A stretch of DNA of 64,000 bases from an uncultured Mycoplasma sp. (GCA_947642635.1 CANRTI010000002.1:56765-120764), one strand, 5' to 3'; counted from the stretch's first letter, positions 1 through 8,408 are shown. The notes: generated by a model not told the origin, from the sequence alone. Numbers and translations: made by a program.

Positions 1-233
1 CAAGCGAATACTTCAGTTTTATAAATGTGCAGAAGAGTTATCATGCAGCCGATATCGAGCATACTGCCCAAATGAAGTTAAAAGAAGGTCGGAATATAGG
101 GCGGCTTGAAGGAGAAAAACAAAAAGCCCTTAGTACAGCTAAAAATTTATTAGCTGATGGTATAAATCCCCATCAAGTAGCAAAATACACTGGTTTAAAA
201 GAAAGTGATATTGCCAAAATTAAAATTAACTAA
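1..233 (+). CDS. Rpn-family (PD-(D/E)XK) recombination-promoting nuclease / putative transposase, C-terminal fragment; 5' end lies outside the window
   Basis: The frame is open from base 3 with no upstream stop, so the GTG at 27 need not be the start. The tail ...EGEKQKALSTAKNLLADGINPHQVAKYTGLKESDIAKI matches the helical C-terminus typical of Rpn/YhgA-like proteins. Confidence 0.65.
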   Translation, partial: SEYFSFINVQKSYHAADIEHTAQMKLKEGRNIGRLEGEKQKALSTAKNLLADGINPHQVAKYTGLKESDIAKIKIN

Positions 234-268
234 AAGTTAGAATTCATAGAAATAGTAAATTTAATGTC

Positions 269-301
269 AAAAGTATTAATGTAATTGGTTAATACTTTTT
301 T
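269..301 (+). terminator. Rho-independent terminator after the Rpn-like gene
   Basis: AAAAGTATTAA (269-279) pairs perfectly with TTAATACTTTT (289-299) around a 9-nt loop and runs into a T tract. Confidence 0.7.
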
Positions 302-329
302 ATTTTGTTACAATAAAAGTGGTGATAAT

Positions 330-1505
330 ATGAAATATCTAAGTAATGTAAAATTAGAAAACAAAAGAGTTTTATTAAGATGTGATTTTAATGTACCAAT
401 AATTGATAATGAAATAAGTGACAATAGTAAAATTATTAAAAGCATTAAAACTATTAAATATTTATTAGAAAATAATAATACTGTTATTATCTTTAGTCAT
501 TTTGGACGAGTTAAAAAAGAAAGCGATAAAATGACTAATAGTTTAAAAATTGTTTATGAAGAACTTAAAAAATATATTGATGTTGAATTTATTGCAAATC
601 CGTTAGAATTAGAACAAGTAAATAAGTCTAACAAAAAGTGCTTTTTAGTTGAAAATACCAGATTTACAGATGTTCCAGAAAAAAAAGAAAGTACAAATGA
701 CTTAAATTTAGCTAAATATTGGAGTAATTTTGGAAATGCTTTTGTTATAGATGCCTTTGGATCACTTCATCGTGCTCATGCATCTACTGCTGGAATTAGT
801 AAATATCTACCAACCTATTTAGGTTTTTTAGTTGAAGAGGAATTAAATAATTTAGATAAACTTATAAATGTAGTATCAAAGCCATTTACAGTAATTATGG
901 GCGGTGCTAAGGTAGATGATAAAATCCAAATTATCGAAACCATGATGACAAAATGTGATTATTTAATTTTAACAGGAGGCATTTTAAATACTTTTTTAAA
1001 AGTCATGGGCTATAATGTCGGAAAAAGTTTAGTAAGTAATGATCCCGAAATTATTGAAAGTATTAAAAGAGTATTAAATACTTGTAAAGATCGCATTAGA
1101 TATAGTGAAACTTTTGGGATATTAAGAGATAATAAATATTTAGAAGTAAATATTAATGAAATAAAAGATGACGATATTATATATGATAATATTATAACAA
1201 CAGATATTATTAAGAATTCCAATTTAATTTTTTTTAATGGTGCATGTGGTAAATTTGAAAATTTAAATTATCAAAAAGGTACTAAAAAATTATTAAATGA
1301 TTTTCTAGTTAGCGATGCTCAAGTTTATATTGGTGGTGGTGATACAGTATCTGCTGTAACTAAATTTGGTTATGATAATTCGTTTACTTACTTATCAAGT
1401 GGCGGTGGTGCCACCTTAGAATATGTTGCTTATGGTAAGCTAAAAGCTTTAGAATATATTAAAAATAACTGTCAATTTAATAAAAATAAAAAAAATATTC
1501 TATAA
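330..1505 (+). CDS. pgk: phosphoglycerate kinase
   Basis: MKYLSNVKLENKRVLLRCDFNVP..., ...AFGSLHRAHAST..., ...IGGGDTVSAV...SSGGGATLEY are Pgk hallmarks. I prefer the ATG at 330 (preceded by GGTGA) over the ORF-track start at 285. Confidence 0.93.
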   Translation: MKYLSNVKLENKRVLLRCDFNVPIIDNEISDNSKIIKSIKTIKYLLENNNTVIIFSHFGRVKKESDKMTNSLKIVYEELKKYIDVEFIANPLELEQVNKSNKKCFLVENTRFTDVPEKKESTNDLNLAKYWSNFGNAFVIDAFGSLHRAHASTAGISKYLPTYLGFLVEEELNNLDKLINVVSKPFTVIMGGAKVDDKIQIIETMMTKCDYLILTGGILNTFLKVMGYNVGKSLVSNDPEIIESIKRVLNTCKDRIRYSETFGILRDNKYLEVNINEIKDDDIIYDNIITTDIIKNSNLIFFNGACGKFENLNYQKGTKKLLNDFLVSDAQVYIGGGDTVSAVTKFGYDNSFTYLSSGGGATLEYVAYGKLKALEYIKNNCQFNKNKKNIL

Positions 1506-1566
1506 TTCGACAAAATTTTACAAAGGTTGACAAATGTTGTCAAAATTTACTCTAGATTTTTGTCAA
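1506..1566 (+). promoter_or_regulatory. Cluster of Spo0A-box-like sites upstream of spo0A
   Basis: TTCGACA at 1506-1512 is the reverse complement of the consensus 0A box TGTCGAA. TTGACAA-atg-TTGTCAA at 1527-1543 is a perfect palindrome, and a further TTGTCAA lies at 1560-1566. Confidence 0.55.
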
Positions 1567-1636
1567 ATAATCTTTTATAATGATTTTACAAGCAGTACAA
1601 AATATATTATAGAAGGAGAGAAAAAAGAAAAAAATC

Positions 1637-2395
1637 ATGAAAACTAGTATTAAAGTTTTAGTTATTGATAGTAATGAATCATTAACAAAGGATGTTGAGA
1701 AGTACTTTAGCAGTCATGAAGTAATTGAAGTAGTAGCTTGTAAAAAAGATGGAGAAGAAGGATTACAATACATTTTAAATAACACCGCTAATATCGATGT
1801 TATAATGATGGACCTTATTTTACCAAAATTAGATGGGCTATTTATATTAGGAGAGCTTGAAAAAAGAGGCATTTCTAAAAATGTAATTATAGCCACTAAT
1901 TTTAAAGATGATAAAGTTATGGAGGAAGCAAATTCATATGGCATTAATTACTATATGTTGAAACCACTTAACTTTATGAATTTAGAAAAAAGAATTCTTA
2001 ATATGAGTGTACGTCCCCAACATAGTAAAAATTTCAATCAAGAAATAGTTTTAACGGATATGCTCCATAATTTAGGAATTCCGTCACATATTAGAGGGTA
2101 TCAATATATTAAGGATGGCATTCATATTATTTATAAAAATAATCATGCTATATCTTATATAACAAAAGATGTATACCCGGAAATTGCGAGGAAATATAAC
2201 ACTACTCCCACTAGAGTTGAAAGAGCAATTAGACATGCTATTGAAACCAGTTGGAACCGTGGCGATATAAATTTAATGGAAGAGATATTTGGAAATAGTC
2301 TAAACGTAAATCGGGATAAACCCACGAATGCTGAATATCTCACTACTATTGCGGATAGGCTTAAAATCAACCAAAATCTAGTTAGTAGTAGATAG
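1637..2395 (+). CDS. spo0A: sporulation master response regulator Spo0A
   Basis: The N-terminal half is a receiver domain (VIMMDLILPKLDG, IIATNF, YMLKP). The C-terminal half carries the Spo0A-specific DNA-binding domain (IPSHIRGYQYIKDGI...ITKDVYPEIARKYNTTPTRVERAIRHAIETSWNRGD). Confidence 0.9.
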   Translation: MKTSIKVLVIDSNESLTKDVEKYFSSHEVIEVVACKKDGEEGLQYILNNTANIDVIMMDLILPKLDGLFILGELEKRGISKNVIIATNFKDDKVMEEANSYGINYYMLKPLNFMNLEKRILNMSVRPQHSKNFNQEIVLTDMLHNLGIPSHIRGYQYIKDGIHIIYKNNHAISYITKDVYPEIARKYNTTPTRVERAIRHAIETSWNRGDINLMEEIFGNSLNVNRDKPTNAEYLTTIADRLKINQNLVSSR

Positions 2396-2403
2396 AAAAT
2401 TGC

Positions 2404-2427
2404 AATTACAATTATTGTAATTTTTTT
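2404..2427 (+). terminator. weak AT-rich hairpin plus T tract after spo0A
   Basis: AATTACA (2404-2410) pairs with TGTAATT (2416-2422) and is followed by T7. The stem has only one GC pair, so termination may be partial. Confidence 0.4.
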
Positions 2428-2463
2428 CTATTTATGCTATTATTTAGACAAGGTGAAACAAAA

Positions 2464-3957
2464 GTGAAAAAAATTTTAACGATTATTCTAGATGGTTTTG
2501 GTATTCGTGAAGAAACTTATGGTAACGCTATAAAAGAAGCTAAAATGACATTTTTTAATAACCTATGGGAAAACTATCCTCATTCATTATTAGAAGCTTC
2601 GGGTACAAAAATAGGTCTTCATGAAGGACAATTTGGTAATAGTGAAACAGGACATATGACCATTGGGGCTGGTCGAAAAATTTTGCAAAATGAAACGTTA
2701 GTAGCTAACTTTTTAAATAGTAATATTTTAGAAAATGCTAAATTTCAAGAATTACTTAAAAATAAAGAAAAAGATATTCATTTAATGGGAATATGTAGCG
2801 ATGGTAATGTGCATGGTAGTGTTGAAAACTTTATTAAAATGTATCATCACCTCGTTAAAAATGGTTTTACAAAAATTCATTTTCATTTAATAACTGATGG
2901 TAGAGATACTCAAATACATTCTGCTTATAAATATATTCATTTGATAGAAGAGGAAATTGCTAAATATAAGATTGGCAATATTGCTACTATTTGTGGAAGA
3001 TACTATGCAATGGATCGGGACCGAAACTATGAGCGTACCAAGATATATTATGATTTAGTAACAAAAGAAGAAGGTTATTATAATACTCATATTGAAGCTT
3101 TAATAAATAAATTATATGAAAATAATATAACTGATGAATTTTTAAAACCGTTAGTTATTTCTAAAAATTCATATATTAAAAATGGTGATGTATTAATTTG
3201 GCTTAATTATCGTGCTGATAGAGCTAAACAAATTTTAGCAGCTTTTACAGATACTTTATTTGCTGGATTTGATACTGGCTTAATGGATAAATTAAAAGTA
3301 TTTAGTTTTTTACCAATTGATTTAGATATTCCAACATATAATTTTATTGAGGAACCAAAAATAAGTAATACTTTAGGATTATATTTAGAAAAATTAGGTA
3401 TTACGCAAGCTAGAATTGCTGAAACAGAAAAATACCCTCATGTAACATATTTTTTTGATGGTGGATATAGTGGCAAAATAGCTAAATGTAATTTTTTCCA
3501 TATACCATCTCCTAAAGTAGCTACTTATGATTTAAAACCGGAAATGAGTGCGATTGATGTTACTAAAAAATGTGTAGAATGTATGGTTCAAGATTATGAT
3601 TTTATTCTTTTAAATTTTGCCAATACAGATATGGTTGGCCATACAGGAAATTATGTAGCCACTATGAAAGCATGTATGACAGTGGATTTATGTTTAAAAA
3701 AAATAGTTGAAACCGCCGAAGAAAATTTTTATAAAGTGATAATTTTAGCTGATCATGGAAATGCCGATAAAATGTTAGATACTAACGGAAGCATTGTAAC
3801 TACGCACACAACCAGTAAAGTTCCTTTTATCATAATGGATAAAAATGTAACTTTAAAAGAAGAAGGAGATTTAACAATGGTTGCCCCAACTATTTTAGAA
3901 TATATGGATATTGCATCACCGGAAGAAATGAAAAATACTGAGAACTTATTAAAATAG
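2464..3957 (+). CDS. gpmI: 2,3-bisphosphoglycerate-independent phosphoglycerate mutase
   Basis: ILDGFGIRE..., GNSETGHMTIGAGR, ...ADHGNAD... are iPGM motifs. A GTG at 2464 preceded by AAGGTGA is a more plausible start than the ATG at 2434. Confidence 0.92.
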   Translation: MKKILTIILDGFGIREETYGNAIKEAKMTFFNNLWENYPHSLLEASGTKIGLHEGQFGNSETGHMTIGAGRKILQNETLVANFLNSNILENAKFQELLKNKEKDIHLMGICSDGNVHGSVENFIKMYHHLVKNGFTKIHFHLITDGRDTQIHSAYKYIHLIEEEIAKYKIGNIATICGRYYAMDRDRNYERTKIYYDLVTKEEGYYNTHIEALINKLYENNITDEFLKPLVISKNSYIKNGDVLIWLNYRADRAKQILAAFTDTLFAGFDTGLMDKLKVFSFLPIDLDIPTYNFIEEPKISNTLGLYLEKLGITQARIAETEKYPHVTYFFDGGYSGKIAKCNFFHIPSPKVATYDLKPEMSAIDVTKKCVECMVQDYDFILLNFANTDMVGHTGNYVATMKACMTVDLCLKKIVETAEENFYKVIILADHGNADKMLDTNGSIVTTHTTSKVPFIIMDKNVTLKEEGDLTMVAPTILEYMDIASPEEMKNTENLLK

Positions 3958-3984
3958 TTTGTAAATTTAGTTAGGAGTGAGAAA

Positions 3985-5295
3985 ATGGAGCAAACTGAAA
4001 AAAATTTATCAAATAAGAGCCAAAATAAAAAAAAGAATATTATAATTAGTTTAGTAATAATATTTGTAATTGGTTTAATTGGTATGGGTTATATTTATTA
4101 CGCAAAAAATAAAACTCAAAATATTTATTATCAAACGATTGACCAATTAGGTGAGGCGTTATATAAAATATTTGATAATGAAAATAGTAAACCACTTAAA
4201 GGTACAGGAACAATAGATTTTTCGGGAACGACAAATTCCCAAGATTTGCAAGAAATGTTTAAAATTCTTAATAAAACCAAAATAAATATGGATTTAGAAA
4301 TGGATCAACAAAATCAAAAAGGAAATTTATTGTATGATATTTTATATGATGAAAAAACTTTACTAAAAGCTAATTTGTTATTAAATAAAAATGAAATGTA
4401 TTGTAATTTAGACAATTTATATGAAAAAGATATTAGATTATTTAAAGGATTATCAGATCAAAATATTTGGAATGATTATTCTAAAGATTATAAAATTATC
4501 ATTCAGGAATTAAAAGAAATATTAAAGGATAGTTTAAAAAAAGAATATTTTAGCAAAGAAAGTGTATCTATAAATATAGATAACCATAAAGAAAAAGTTA
4601 TCAAACATACCCTAAAATTAACTTCTAAAGATTTAGAGGATATTCAAAAAGAAATGCTAAATAAAATTAAAGACAATGATAAATTAATTGAAGCTTTATC
4701 AAATATTAGTAATAAATCTAAAAATAGTATTATCAGCAAACTTAATGAATATAAGGTTGAACCAACAACTAAAAATAATGTAGTTAGCGAAATATATCTT
4801 GATACTAAAAAAGAATTAGTAAAAATGGTAATTAAAATAGATGAAGACGAACTAATTATTGAAAAAATTAAGGATAATGAATACATAATTAAGTCTAATG
4901 ATAATAATATAGGAACAATTGTTGAAACAGAAAAAGAAACTAAAATAGTATTAATTGATGAAGAGACAAATACAACTATCAATATCGAAATTGGCAAAAA
5001 TAAAGAAAAAAATATTTTTAACATTAAAATTGCTATTTCTAATGTAGTCTTAAGTTTTGAAATTAATAGTAGTAAAGATAAAGTTAATGGTGAAATTAAT
5101 GTTATAGTACCAGATTATGACTTTGATTTTAAGATAAATTTTAATATGAATATAAAAGAAGTTTCCAAAGTTGAAGTAAGAGATGTAAAAAACTATATTG
5201 ATATTGATGAAATGACAGACGAAGATTTTAATAAAATTACCGAAAACTTAATTAATAATTCAGCAGCTTTTAATGATTTAATGAAAAGTATATAA
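3985..5295 (+). CDS. hypothetical membrane-anchored protein (one N-terminal TM helix, then a long Lys/Asn/Glu/Ile-rich extracytoplasmic part)
   Basis: The hydrophobic stretch IIISLVIIFVIGLIGMGYIYY follows a basic N-terminus. I recognise no family motif. It has its own SD (AGGAG) and terminator. Confidence 0.6.
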   Translation: MEQTEKNLSNKSQNKKKNIIISLVIIFVIGLIGMGYIYYAKNKTQNIYYQTIDQLGEALYKIFDNENSKPLKGTGTIDFSGTTNSQDLQEMFKILNKTKINMDLEMDQQNQKGNLLYDILYDEKTLLKANLLLNKNEMYCNLDNLYEKDIRLFKGLSDQNIWNDYSKDYKIIIQELKEILKDSLKKEYFSKESVSINIDNHKEKVIKHTLKLTSKDLEDIQKEMLNKIKDNDKLIEALSNISNKSKNSIISKLNEYKVEPTTKNNVVSEIYLDTKKELVKMVIKIDEDELIIEKIKDNEYIIKSNDNNIGTIVETEKETKIVLIDEETNTTINIEIGKNKEKNIFNIKIAISNVVLSFEINSSKDKVNGEINVIVPDYDFDFKINFNMNIKEVSKVEVRDVKNYIDIDEMTDEDFNKITENLINNSAAFNDLMKSI

Positions 5296-5300
5296 TCGAC

Positions 5301-5330
5301 AAACACTTTATTTAACGTAAAGTGTTTTTA
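5301..5330 (+). terminator. Rho-independent terminator
   Basis: A perfect 10-bp stem pairs AAACACTTTA (5301-5310) with TAAAGTGTTT (5318-5327), followed by a T run. Confidence 0.8.
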
Positions 5331-5370
5331 ATTTTGTCAAAAATAACTGAAAAATTATTTAAATTTAGCT

Positions 5371-5398
5371 TAATTATATGTTGCCAAACATATAATTA
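5371..5398. repeat. Perfect 12-bp inverted repeat (4-nt spacer) overlapping the -35 of the S10 operon promoter
   Basis: TAATTATATGTT (5371-5382) - GCCA - AACATATAATTA (5387-5398). Confidence 0.9.
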
Positions 5399-5410
5399 CT
5401 GTGCTATAAT
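5381..5410 (+). promoter_or_regulatory. sigma-A type promoter of the S10-spc-alpha cluster
   Basis: TTGCCA (5381-5386), an 18-nt spacer, then the extended -10 TGcTATAAT (5402-5410). Confidence 0.6.
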
Positions 5411-5416
5411 CATATT

Positions 5417-5544
5417 CGTATGACTGCGATGATGCGCGAGGTTGCTGACACACTAGGGATAGTTGGTAAATATATTTCTAGCAAACTCAGGTAATTCGGG
5501 TGGAGCGAGTCTATACTAGATATAGGCGAAAGGAGGACATGAAA
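5417..5544 (+). promoter_or_regulatory. GC-enriched 5' leader of rpsJ (candidate ribosomal-protein autoregulatory leader)
   Basis: This stretch is visibly more GC-rich than its surroundings. Helices can be drawn by eye: 5438-5446 pairs with 5480-5488 (9 bp, 1 mismatch), and 5509-5515 pairs with 5521-5527 just upstream of the SD. Confidence 0.35.
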
Positions 5545-5853
5545 ATGTCAAGTAGTAAAGTAAGAATTAATTTGAAAGCATATGATCATCGTTTATTAGA
5601 TGTTGCTGCAAGTAAAATTGTTGAAACTGTCAAAAGAACTGGTGGTGTTGTTTTAGGGCCTGTACCACTTCCAACTGAAATTGAGAAGTTTACGGTTTTA
5701 AGAGCTGTTCACAAATATAAAGATTCTCGTGAACAATTTGAAAGAAGAACACACAAAAGACTTGTTGACATAAAAGATCCAAGTAAGGAAACAATTGATG
5801 CTTTAACTCACTTAGATTTACCAAGTGGTGTTGACATCGATATAAAATTATAA
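5545..5853 (+). CDS. rpsJ: 30S ribosomal protein S10
   Basis: ...[15 protein letters not shown]... The ATG at 5545 gives good spacing from AAAGGAGGA and a ~102-aa product. Confidence 0.95.
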   Translation: MSSSKVRINLKAYDHRLLDVAASKIVETVKRTGGVVLGPVPLPTEIEKFTVLRAVHKYKDSREQFERRTHKRLVDIKDPSKETIDALTHLDLPSGVDIDIKL

Positions 5854-5872
5854 TAAAGGAAGGAAATAAATT

Positions 5873-6643
5873 ATGAAAGGAATCTTAGGACGCAAAATTG
5901 GGATGACTCAAGTATTTACGAAAGATGGTAAATTAATTCCAGTTACTGTAGTAAGCTGCGAACCAAATGTCGTAATGCAAGTAAAAACTGTTGAAAAAGA
6001 CGGTTATAATAGTATCCAATTAGGTGTATTTGAAAAAAAAGAAAATCGTGCTAACAAGGCTGAAATAGGTCATGCACAAAAAGCTAAAACTACTCCTAAG
6101 CGCTTCTTAAAAGAAATTAGAGACGCCGAAGGAACTTATAATGTAGGCGATATTATAGGAGTAAACATTTTTGAAGTAGGAGATGTAATTGATGTTACAG
6201 GTACTTCTAAAGGTAAAGGAACTCAAGGTGTTATTAAAAGACATAATCAATCAAGAGGACCTATGGGACATGGTTCACACTATCACAGAGGTCCTGGTTC
6301 AATGGGAACAATGTTACCAAAAAGAGTTTTAAAAGGTAAAAATCTTCCAGGACATATGGGTGTTGAAACAGTTACTATTCAAAATCTAGAAATTATTGAA
6401 GCCAATACAGAAGAAAATTACATTTTAATAAGTGGCAATATTCCAGGTGCAAAAAATTCTTTAGTTTATATTAGAACTGCAGTTAAAAATTCTCGTAAGA
6501 AAAATCCAAAAGAAATTCTTGCTTATGAAGAAGAAACAATTGTTGATTCTGTAGAAACTGTAGAAGAAAACAAAGTAGAAGAAACTACTATTGAAAATTC
6601 TGAAACAGAAACTGAAGTAAAAACTCCGGAAGAAAGCAAATAG
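5873..6643 (+). CDS. rplC: 50S ribosomal protein L3 with an acidic C-terminal extension
   Basis: [15 protein letters not shown]... is a canonical L3 start. It carries an additional ~45 aa Glu/Thr-rich tail. Confidence 0.95.
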   Translation: MKGILGRKIGMTQVFTKDGKLIPVTVVSCEPNVVMQVKTVEKDGYNSIQLGVFEKKENRANKAEIGHAQKAKTTPKRFLKEIRDAEGTYNVGDIIGVNIFEVGDVIDVTGTSKGKGTQGVIKRHNQSRGPMGHGSHYHRGPGSMGTMLPKRVLKGKNLPGHMGVETVTIQNLEIIEANTEENYILISGNIPGAKNSLVYIRTAVKNSRKKNPKEILAYEEETIVDSVETVEENKVEETTIENSETETEVKTPEESK

Positions 6644-6662
6644 GCTTTAGAAAGGAATTAAT

Positions 6663-7286
6663 ATGACAAAGATAAGTGTTAAAAATATAAAAGGCGAAAC
6701 TGTTAAAGATATTACTTTAAATAGTGCAATATGGAATATTGAAGTTAATGATGATGCATTAAAGAAAATGCTTAGATTACAATTAGATAGTATGCGTCAA
6801 GGAACAAGAAAAACTAAAACTAGAAGTGAAGTATCTGGTGGCGGACGCAAACCTTGGAAACAAAAAGGAACAGGACGTGCTCGTCAAGGTAGTATTCGTG
6901 CTACTCAATGGCGTGGTGGCGGTATTGCTTTTGGTGTTAATCCTCGTGATTATTCATTCAAAATCAATAAAAAAGAAAGAGTTTTGGCTCTAAAAACTGC
7001 GTTAACATATAAGAATAAAGAAAAATCATTAGTAATTTTAGATAATATTAATTTAGATTCTTTAAAGACAAAAGAAATAATTACTATTTTAGAAACATTA
7101 AAATTAAATGGTAAAATAATTTTTGTAACAAAAGAAGAAAATGAAAATTTATATATGGCATCTAGAAATTTAGGAAATGTGTTAGTGCTAATGGCTGATG
7201 AACTTAATTGTTATGATATTGTTAATGCATCAGTATTAGTTGTTGAAGAAGCAGCATTAAGCGTTATTGAGGAGGTCATAAAATAA
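6663..7286 (+). CDS. rplD: 50S ribosomal protein L4
   Basis: ...[29 protein letters not shown]... is the L4 signature; operon position agrees. Confidence 0.95.
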   Translation: MTKISVKNIKGETVKDITLNSAIWNIEVNDDALKKMLRLQLDSMRQGTRKTKTRSEVSGGGRKPWKQKGTGRARQGSIRATQWRGGGIAFGVNPRDYSFKINKKERVLALKTALTYKNKEKSLVILDNINLDSLKTKEIITILETLKLNGKIIFVTKEENENLYMASRNLGNVLVLMADELNCYDIVNASVLVVEEAALSVIEEVIK

Positions 7287-7561
7287 TGAAACATTATAGT
7301 GATATTATTATTGCACCAGTTATTACTGAGAAATCTATGGCTGAAAGACAAAATAATGTTTATACATTTAAAGTTTTTAAAGATGCAACTAAAGATGAAA
7401 TTAAATATGCTGTAGAAGAAGCATTTAAAGTAAATGTAGCGAAAGTTAATACTTTGAATACTAAAAGCAAAAGACGTAGAGTAGGAAGATACACTGGTAA
7501 AACTAAAACTTATAAAAAAGCCATTGTTACACTTCAAAATGGCTCTACAATAGATTTATAG
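7286..7561 (+). CDS. rplW: 50S ribosomal protein L23
   Basis: ...[10 protein letters not shown]...YTFKV... and operon position. Confidence 0.93.
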   Translation: MKHYSDIIIAPVITEKSMAERQNNVYTFKVFKDATKDEIKYAVEEAFKVNVAKVNTLNTKSKRRRVGRYTGKTKTYKKAIVTLQNGSTIDL

Positions 7562-7574
7562 GAGGAATAAGAAT

Positions 7575-8408
7575 ATGGCAATAAAACATTATAAACCTAC
7601 CACAAATGGACGTAGGGGAATGACAACCCTTCAAAATGAAGAGTTAACTATTAACAATAATCCTACTAAATCTTTACTTAAAAAAGTAAATAAAACTGGT
7701 GGCAGAAATAATCAAGGTAAAATGACAGTTCGTCACATTGGTGGGGGAGCTGCAAGAAAATATCGAGTTATTGATTTTAAAAGAAATAAAGTTGGTGTTA
7801 CAGGAAAAGTTGCAACAATTGAATACGATCCTAATCGTAATGCTAACATCGCCTTAATAAATTATCGCGATGGTGAAAAAAGATATATTATTGCACCAAA
7901 TGGATTAAAAGTAGGTATGATTATCGAAAATGGTGAAGGTGCTGATATTAAAGTTGGTAATTCTTTACCATTACAAAATATTCCAGTTGGTACTATGGTT
8001 CACTGTATTGAATTAAAACCAGGAAAAGGTGCGGAAGTTTGCCGTTCTGCTGGAACAAGCGCTCAAATTCTTGGCCGTGAAGGAAAATATGTTTTAGTTC
8101 GACTACAATCAGGTGAAACAAGAAAAGTACTAGGTGTTTGTATAGCAACAATTGGTGTTGTTGGTAACGAAGACTATAACTTAGTTAATTTAGGAAAAGC
8201 TGGACGTAAACGTCATATGGGTATAAGACCTACTAATAGAGGTAGTGTTATGAATCCTAATGATCACCCTCATGGTGGTGGTGAAGGACGTGCACCAATT
8301 GGACGTAAGAGTCCTATGACTCCTTGGGGTAAACCAGCCCTTGGTCATAAAACTCGTAAATCTAAAAAAGCTTCTGAAAAGCTTATTATTAGTAGAAAGA
8401 GCAAATAG
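7575..8408 (+). CDS. rplB: 50S ribosomal protein L2
   Basis: [16 protein letters not shown]... and ...[13 protein letters not shown]... Confidence 0.97.
   Translation: MAIKHYKPTTNGRRGMTTLQNEELTINNNPTKSLLKKVNKTGGRNNQGKMTVRHIGGGAARKYRVIDFKRNKVGVTGKVATIEYDPNRNANIALINYRDGEKRYIIAPNGLKVGMIIENGEGADIKVGNSLPLQNIPVGTMVHCIELKPGKGAEVCRSAGTSAQILGREGKYVLVRLQSGETRKVLGVCIATIGVVGNEDYNLVNLGKAGRKRHMGIRPTNRGSVMNPNDHPHGGGEGRAPIGRKSPMTPWGKPALGHKTRKSKKASEKLIISRKSK

Noticed and set aside
27-233. ORF-track start (GTG at 27) for the first ORF, and 5'-extended track starts for pgk (285), gpmI (2434), rpsJ (5500), rpsQ (10301), rplO (13793), the first islet gene (48379), the PLC-like gene (52332) and nifJ (60184).
   Set aside because: The longest-ORF starts add non-conserved residues and lack SD spacing. 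Internal ATG/GTG codons with proper SDs match the conserved N-termini. The first ORF is simply open to the window edge.
1010-1222. Minus-strand 70-aa ORF inside pgk. The same applies to similar antisense ORFs at 1714-1944, 2155-2370, 4644-5024, 7211-7537, 9120-9302, 9865-10080, 11760-12050, 12366-12674, 13278-13502, 13975-14247, 15199-15453, 16706-16963, 18683-18925, 20134-20352, 20504-20773, 21305-21553, 22585-22767, 25663-25968, 29167-29442, 29502-29684, 30425-30646, 31803-32033, 37754-37951, 39971-40234, 42360-42563, 43129-43317, 43546-43877, 45470-45685, 49889-50092, 50251-50523, 55938-56144, 56226-56507 and 59164-59349.
   Set aside because: All lie antisense to, or (29502-29684) mostly antisense to and overlapping, confidently identified genes. 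Their Ser/Leu/Ile/Phe-rich low-complexity translations are typical of shadow ORFs in AT-rich DNA, and they lack SD sequences.
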